64,000 nt of DNA from contig JASGJH010000001.1 of the NCBI GenBank assembly GCA_047601445.1, positions 7,136,001 through 7,200,000 on the forward strand, in the 5' to 3' direction. The stretch comes from Myxococcales bacterium (GTDB taxonomy: Bacteria; Myxococcota_A; Polyangia; Polyangiales; DASUME01). Shown piece by piece: positions 56,402 to 64,000 of the stretch; within the stretch, counting starts at the first letter, position 1; each line of letters begins with the position of its first letter. Below the pieces are notes generated by a model, which worked only from the letters and a program-made list of their open reading frames with translations, was not told where the DNA came from and searched no databases. The position numbers and the translations under genes were made by a program.

Positions 56402-57846
56402 CAGCGCGCTCCGAATTCGCTGGCGATGCCCGCGAGCACGGCGGCCGGGGCGCGCACGCGAATGCGGGTGCCCTCGTCTTCGTAGTTCTCCTCGAGCACG
56501 CGGCAGCGCTCGTGCAGCATGGCCACGAAACGCTGCTCACTGTAGGGGATCAAGAACTCCTGCTCGCCCATGCTCTGTTCGAAGTGGGCCACGATCCGCT
56601 CGTGCAGGCGGCGCACGTCTTCGGGGTCTTTGGCCGACAGCATGAGGGCCTGGGGGAACTCCGCTTCCAGGGCCTTGCGGGTGGCCTCGTCGAGCTTGTC
56701 GGACTTGTTGAGCACGAGCAGTGACGCGTTGTCGCCAGCTGCGATTTCCGCCAGCACTTCGCGTGTCACCTGATACTGGTCGCGGAACGCCGGGTCCGAA
56801 CCGTCGACCAAATGCAGGAGCAAGCTGGCGTCGCGTGCCTCCTCGAGGGTGGAGCGGAAGGAGGCCACCAGGTCGTGAGGTAGCTTCTTGATGAAGCCGA
56901 CGGTATCGGAGACCAGGATGCGCGGGCGCGTCTCGGGCTTGAGGGCACGCACCGTGGTGTCGAGCGTGGCGAACAGCTGATCGGCCACGTAGACCTCGTC
57001 GCCGGTCAAGGCGCGCATGAGCGAGGATTTGCCCGCATTCGTGTAGCCCACGAGCGCCACCGTATGAGAATCGGTCTGCGTCCGGCGGCTGCGGCGCGTG
57101 TCGGCCTCGCGCTTCACATTCTCGAGCTCACGTCGCAGCTCGGCGATGCGATCGCGGACGCGCCGCCGATCGAGCTCGAGCGCGGACTCGCCAGCGCCGC
57201 GCCCACCGATGCCGCCCCGTTGACGGTCCTGGCCCGCGCTGGCCTCACGCATGCGCGGCGCCATGTAGTTGAGGCGCGCGATCTCCACCTGCATGCGGGC
57301 CTCGCGCGTGCGCGCATGGCGCTGGAAGATGGAGAGGATCACCATCGAGCGGTCGAGCACGTCGGCGCCGGTCGCCTTCTCCAGATTGCGCATCTGCGAA
57401 GGGGTGAGGTCGTGGTCCACCAAGACGAGCTCGGCTTGCTGTGAAGGACCGGGTGCGTCCGGGTCGAAGCCATCGTCGTCGTCATCGTGCTCGGAGCGCT
57501 CACGGGCAAGGGCGTCTTCGGCGCGGGCCTGGGCCAGCTCTTGCTCGGGGTCGGCCTCCTTGCGCTTCCCAGGTGGCGCGTAGGTCGGTACGAAGCCGGG
57601 CCCTCCCGTGTAGGCGGCGATCTGCCTCAGCTTGCCCGCACCCACCACGGCTGCGGCGGCGAGGGCGCCGCGGCGCTGCGTGACCTGGCCCACCACGGTG
57701 AGTCCGAGGGTATCGGCCAATCGCGCGAGTTCTTTGAGGGAGGCCTGGAACGCCTCGTCCGAGACATCGGGCAATTGCACGCCCACGATGAGCGCGGGAG
57801 GTCGGGGGCCTTCGGTGGTGCGGAGGGTAGAACCAGAACTGGACAT
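56401..57846 (-). CDS. hflX: Ribosome-splitting GTPase HflX
   Basis: LTPSQMRNLE, IFQRHARTREA, GYTNAGKS, FATLD, DTVGF, NKSD, SAK. Confidence 0.96.
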   Translation of the reverse strand: MSSSGSTLRTTEGPRPPALIVGVQLPDVSDEAFQASLKELARLADTLGLTVVGQVTQRRGALAAAAVVGAGKLRQIAAYTGGPGFVPTYAPPGKRKEADPEQELAQARAEDALARERSEHDDDDDGFDPDAPGPSQQAELVLVDHDLTPSQMRNLEKATGADVLDRSMVILSIFQRHARTREARMQVEIARLNYMAPRMREASAGQDRQRGGIGGRGAGESALELDRRRVRDRIAELRRELENVKREADTRRSRRTQTDSHTVALVGYTNAGKSSLMRALTGDEVYVADQLFATLDTTVRALKPETRPRILVSDTVGFIKKLPHDLVASFRSTLEEARDASLLLHLVDGSDPAFRDQYQVTREVLAEIAAGDNASLLVLNKSDKLDEATRKALEAEFPQALMLSAKDPEDVRRLHERIVAHFEQSMGEQEFLIPYSEQRFVAMLHERCRVLEENYEDEGTRIRVRAPAAVLAGIASEFGAR

Positions 57847-57922
57847 CAGGCGGGCACGATGGCTATGCGGCGCGCTTTGCGCAAGCAGGAGCTCGGACCC
57901 TGCGGCATGCTTCAGCGATCCC

Positions 57923-58534
57923 ATGAGCGAGTTACCTGGCGTTTGCGCCTTCTTCCGCTCGCGCGCCCGAGAGCGCGCTTGGCCCCTCGGGCTGGGCCTC
58001 GCGGTGGCTTGCGGAGGGGCGCGCTACCGCCCGCCTGCGCCCGACGTTCCGCACGCGGACGTGCGTGTAGACGTGGTGTTCCACCGTGACTTCGAGTCCG
58101 AGTTGAGGCAGCGCGTGCGCATCGATGGGGGCGAGATTCAGTCGCCGCAGGGGGTGGCCGCCGTGCCGCGTTGGTCGCGTAGCCTCCGCGTGGAGCCCGG
58201 GGAGCACGAGCTCGCGTTTTGGTTACGTTTCGAACATGCCGACCTGGCCACCGAGTACATCAGGCCAGACCTCCCCGGCTGTCCCCCCGGTACCGCCACG
58301 GCCTACGTGATGAACGATTGCATCAACCAGGGGGCCCGCGCGCAGCCCACCTCGGTCTGGAACTGGATCCCCGATGCCGAGTGCGAACGCAAGCTCGCCT
58401 TCGTGGCGCGCGCGAACGACCAGCTCAGGGTCACGCTGCACTTCTACGGTCCGCCCAGCAGCGAGCGTCCTGCCTGCGAGGTCGTGTGCGAACGGCGCGG
58501 CAGCACGGAGCCCTGCCTCGGCGCTACTCGATAG
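57923..58534 (+). CDS. Hypothetical lipoprotein
   Basis: Lipobox LAVAC; several Cys. Confidence 0.65.
   Translation: MSELPGVCAFFRSRARERAWPLGLGLAVACGGARYRPPAPDVPHADVRVDVVFHRDFESELRQRVRIDGGEIQSPQGVAAVPRWSRSLRVEPGEHELAFWLRFEHADLATEYIRPDLPGCPPGTATAYVMNDCINQGARAQPTSVWNWIPDAECERKLAFVARANDQLRVTLHFYGPPSSERPACEVVCERRGSTEPCLGATR
57953..57980 (+). repeat. Dispersed palindromic repeat, copy C
   Basis: TTCCGCTCGCGCGCCCGAGAGCGCGCTT. Confidence 0.6.
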
Positions 58535-58640
58535 GTCGAGGTCGAAGTGGCTCGCTTGGGAGAGAGGGCCCGCGTCAACCGCCAGCAGCAAGGCTCTTCG
58601 TGAGCGCGGCAGGCGGTGGGGACGCAGCCTTGCTGCGACG

Positions 58641-58668
58641 GGCGGGGAGGGCGCGTGCCCTCCCCGTC
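58641..58668 (-). terminator. Hairpin after hppA (a second small hairpin lies at 58623-58637)
   Basis: Minus strand GACGGGGAGGGC-ACGC-GCCCTCCCCGCC. Confidence 0.6.
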
Positions 58669-58680
58669 AAAAAGGCGCGA

Positions 58681-60759
<2,079 letters not shown>

Positions 60760-61037
60760 TCAGACACTCCTCGGCCCCAGGGACCGGAAGAAGCGCGCGG
60801 TCCAATCCGCGGCGCGAACCACATCCATCATCCCCTCGCTCCGCCGCGGTTTCCCCCGGCGCGGACGAGACAAATCGGCCGCCTACATCCCGCACTTCCC
60901 GGGCATGGTCAAGCGACCGGCGCGCCCGGGATAGCCTGATTTTGCACGTTGCGCTCGTGGCTTCGTGAGCTTTGCAGCCGGTATGCGTCGACCCAGGGCC
61001 CATGCTTCCTGGCGCGGATGGGCCTAAGCTGTGTCCG

Positions 61038-62705
61038 ATGGCGGTCAACCGTTCAGAGCTTCGCTGGAATGGCTGGGGGCGCGTGCGTGAATCGGTGGCC
61101 CTCTCCGAGCCCCAGCAGCTGGCCGTCGTGCAAGCCCTGGCCCAGCGCCTGGGGGTACCCCAGACCACCCGCAGGGCACCCGTGGCGATCGCCGACGTGG
61201 ATCTGCCGCCCTCTCGGCTCTCCCGGGGCATCCTGCTCGAGCTGGGTGAGGCCATCGGCCCCGATCTGGTTCGTACCAGTATGATCGAGCGGGCCCAGCA
61301 CGCCGCGGGCCGCAGCCTGCCCGATCTGTTGCGGCTCCGTTCCGGGAAGCTTGGCCGAGCGCCCGACGCGGTGCTCTACCCGGAGAACGCCCAGCAGATC
61401 GCCGCCATCCTGCGGCTGGCCAGGGAACACGCGCTCAGCGTCGTGCCCTTCGGCGGTGGCAGCAGCGTGGTCGGCGGCGTGGACCCGGTGTGTCCCCAGG
61501 GCAAGCGCGCCGTGTTGTCCCTCGATACCACGCGCCTGCACCGACTGATCGCGATCGACGACCAGAGCCTCACCGCCACCTTCGAGGCCGGCATCGATGG
61601 TCCCAGCCTGGAGGCCGAGCTCAACGCCCGCGGCTACACCCTGGGGCACTTTCCACAGTCATTCGAGCATTCCACCCTGGGCGGCTGGATCGCGGCGCGC
61701 TCCTCGGGGCAGCAGTCCGACGGCTACGGCGGCATCGATACGTTGCTGGTGAGTGCCAAGCTCGTGACTCCACGCGGAGAGCTCAGCACGCTCGGGGTCC
61801 CGCGCACGGCCACCGGACCCGACCTCAAGGAGTTCGTGCTCGGCTCCGAGGGCACCCTGGGCGTCATCGTGGAGGCCACCGTGCGCATCCGGCACCGGCC
61901 TGCCATCCACGACGTGCGCGGCATGCTGTTCCGGGACTTCGCCTCGGGCGTGCGCGCGATCCGGGCGCTGCAGGCAAGCGGCTTGCCCATGAGCATGATG
62001 CGGCTCTCCGACGCGCGTGAGACCGAGCTCTCGCTGCTGCTGCGCAGGGACCCCTCGCGCAGCTTCGATCTTACCGCGCATGTCATGCAAGGCGTGCGCG
62101 GGCTCGGCTACGGCGAGGGGCGCTGCGCGCTGCTGTTAAGCGTCGAGGGCGATGAGGCCGTGCGAGTCGAGGCCGAGATGTTGCGGGCGCAGGCCATCGG
62201 GGTGCGCCATGGGGGCTTGCCGCTGGGGAAGAAGCCTGGGGAGTCATGGAAGAAGGATCGCTTCCGGGCGCCCTACTTAAGAGATTTCTTGCTCGATCAC
62301 GGATTCGCCATCGACACCATGGAGACCGCCTTCAGCTGGTCCAAGCTCGAGGCCGGCCATGACCACGTGGTGCATGCCATGGCGGAGGCGGCGCGTGTGC
62401 ACGCTGGCGCGGGCTTCTCCATGGGCCACATCTCGCATAGCTACGCGGACGGCGCCTGCGTGTACTTCATCGTGCTGTATCCGCTCGCCGCCGAGGACGT
62501 GCTCGGGCAATGGCAAGCCATCAAGCGCGCCACCACGGACGCCATCGTGAAGAGCGGCGGCACCGTGTCCCATCATCACGGCGTGGGGCTCGATCACGTG
62601 CCCTGGATGGCGCAGGAGAAGGGCCAGCTGGGGCTCGCGGCCATCCGAGCGCTGCGCAATGCGTTCGATCCCGAGGGCATGATGAATCCGGGAAAGCTCG
62701 CGTGA
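61038..62705 (+). CDS. FAD-binding oxidoreductase, alkyl-DHAP synthase (AGPS)-like
   Basis: WNGWG, PFGGGSSV, GHFPQSFEHSTLGGW, GSEGTLG, HISHSY, SHHHGVG, MNPGKL. Confidence 0.9.
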   Translation: MAVNRSELRWNGWGRVRESVALSEPQQLAVVQALAQRLGVPQTTRRAPVAIADVDLPPSRLSRGILLELGEAIGPDLVRTSMIERAQHAAGRSLPDLLRLRSGKLGRAPDAVLYPENAQQIAAILRLAREHALSVVPFGGGSSVVGGVDPVCPQGKRAVLSLDTTRLHRLIAIDDQSLTATFEAGIDGPSLEAELNARGYTLGHFPQSFEHSTLGGWIAARSSGQQSDGYGGIDTLLVSAKLVTPRGELSTLGVPRTATGPDLKEFVLGSEGTLGVIVEATVRIRHRPAIHDVRGMLFRDFASGVRAIRALQASGLPMSMMRLSDARETELSLLLRRDPSRSFDLTAHVMQGVRGLGYGEGRCALLLSVEGDEAVRVEAEMLRAQAIGVRHGGLPLGKKPGESWKKDRFRAPYLRDFLLDHGFAIDTMETAFSWSKLEAGHDHVVHAMAEAARVHAGAGFSMGHISHSYADGACVYFIVLYPLAAEDVLGQWQAIKRATTDAIVKSGGTVSHHHGVGLDHVPWMAQEKGQLGLAAIRALRNAFDPEGMMNPGKLA

Positions 62706-64000
62706 GCGACGCTTCCTGGACGCTCCGGGAGCGCCACACCGCCCTCGAGCGGCTCGCGCGCGAGGGGATCGAGCTCGCAGTGATCGGCGGTGGCATCACC
62801 GGAGCGGGCGTGTTGCGCGACGCCGCCTTGCGCGGGCTCTCGTGCGCGTTGTTCGAGCGCGAAGACTTCGCCTCGGGCACCTCGAGCCACACCTCCAAGA
62901 TGATCCACGGCGGGCTGCGCTACATCGCCGAGGGACAACTCGGCGTCACGCGCGAGTCGTGCCTGGAACGAGAGCTCCTGGCGCGCCTGAACCCAAACCT
63001 CGTGCACCCGCTGCCCTTCCTGTTCTGTGCCTTCGAGAACGGACTCAAGCCCTGGCAGGTGGTGGCGGGCATGAGCCTCTACAGCGCCCTGTCGGGCTTC
63101 AAGAGCGGCTTCTCTCTGCTCTCGGGAGACGACGTGGAGCGCCTCAGCCGCGACGTGCGCAAGGACATCCTGCGGCGCGCCGCGCTCTATCACGACCAGC
63201 AGGTCGACGACGCGCGCATCGTGCTCGAGACCGTGAAGGACGCTCGACGCGTGGGCGCCGAGGCCATTTCGCACGCGGACGTGGTGGGCTTCGACAAGCA
63301 AGGCGAGCGCATCACGGGCTTGAGGGTGCGCGACCGCCTGAGCGGTCGTGAGTTCTCGATCCGCGCGGGCAGCGTGGTGAATGCCGCGGGCCCCTCCGCT
63401 GACCGCGTGCGCGAGCTCGACGCGGCGCTGGCCGTACACGAGCTGAGGCCTGCCAAGGGCGTACATCTGGTGATCGAGCGCTCGCGCGTGCATGCGGAGG
63501 CGGCCGTGGCGTTCCAGGCGCCCGACAAGCGCCATATGTTCCTGTGCCCTTACCAGGACGTGCACTTGATCGGCACCACCGACACCTTCACCGACGAGAT
63601 CGACGAGCCCACCGTCACGCGCAAAGATCTGCACTACCTGCTGGCCGCTACCAATCGCATGTTCTCGAGTCCGCCGCTCGTCGAGCACGATGTGATCAGC
63701 GTCTTCGCCGGGGTGCGCCCGCTGGTGGCCGATGCCCATGCCGAAGTGCCCGCGTCCAGCGTGTCACGCGAGCACCGCATCACACTCGACCCGTCGGGGC
63801 TGCTCTCGGTGGCGGGCGGGAAGCTCACCACGCACCGGCACATGTCCGAGCAGATCGTGGATCGCGTGCTGGAGCAGCTCGGGCCCGAACGGCGCCGAAG
63901 CTTGAAGCCCTGCCAGACCAAGCTGCGCCCGCTGCGCGCGGACCGCTTCGAGTTCGGCGCACTCCAGGCCGAGCTCACGCAACGCTTCGAGCTCGATCCC
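62702..64000 (+). CDS. glpD: FAD-dependent glycerol-3-phosphate dehydrogenase (runs off the window end)
   Basis: Not in the ORF track. Translated by hand from GTG 62702 (GTGA overlap): VIGGGITGAG...DFASGTSSHTSKMIHGGLRY, later GTTD, FAGVRPL, SREH, GGKLTT. Confidence 0.93.
   Translation, partial: MSDASWTLRERHTALERLAREGIELAVIGGGITGAGVLRDAALRGLSCALFEREDFASGTSSHTSKMIHGGLRYIAEGQLGVTRESCLERELLARLNPNLVHPLPFLFCAFENGLKPWQVVAGMSLYSALSGFKSGFSLLSGDDVERLSRDVRKDILRRAALYHDQQVDDARIVLETVKDARRVGAEAISHADVVGFDKQGERITGLRVRDRLSGREFSIRAGSVVNAAGPSADRVRELDAALAVHELRPAKGVHLVIERSRVHAEAAVAFQAPDKRHMFLCPYQDVHLIGTTDTFTDEIDEPTVTRKDLHYLLAATNRMFSSPPLVEHDVISVFAGVRPLVADAHAEVPASSVSREHRITLDPSGLLSVAGGKLTTHRHMSEQIVDRVLEQLGPERRRSLKPCQTKLRPLRADRFEFGALQAELTQRFELDP

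Overview
GC-rich, gene-dense chromosomal window. It is most consistent with a myxobacterium (Myxococcota, Polyangiales-like), inferred from a TIGR02266-type PilZ/PEGA protein, a DUF1552 protein, PEGA-tailed Ser/Thr kinases and many Cys-rich or DAG-linker lipoproteins. About 49 CDS are supported. I recognised no rRNA, tRNA, CRISPR array, integrase or transposase. The strongest candidate for an undescribed system is the two-gene operon at 40-1778. Its HisKA_2-type kinase has a 3-TM input domain that keeps all seven ethylene-binding residues of plant ETR1 in ungapped spacing, and it is coupled to a REC-LuxR regulator. Other points of note: a divergent cytochrome c / YcnI copper locus with two RegA/PrrA-like boxes; a probable FolK-archease fusion; a kinase-rich block containing a pseudokinase hybrid sensor and a QPD C-type lectin lipoprotein; two small dispersed repeat or hairpin families; an inverted heptamer array; a Cys-type egtBD pair; and an AGPS-glpD ether-lipid-like operon. 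All calls come from reading motifs by eye; no searches were run.
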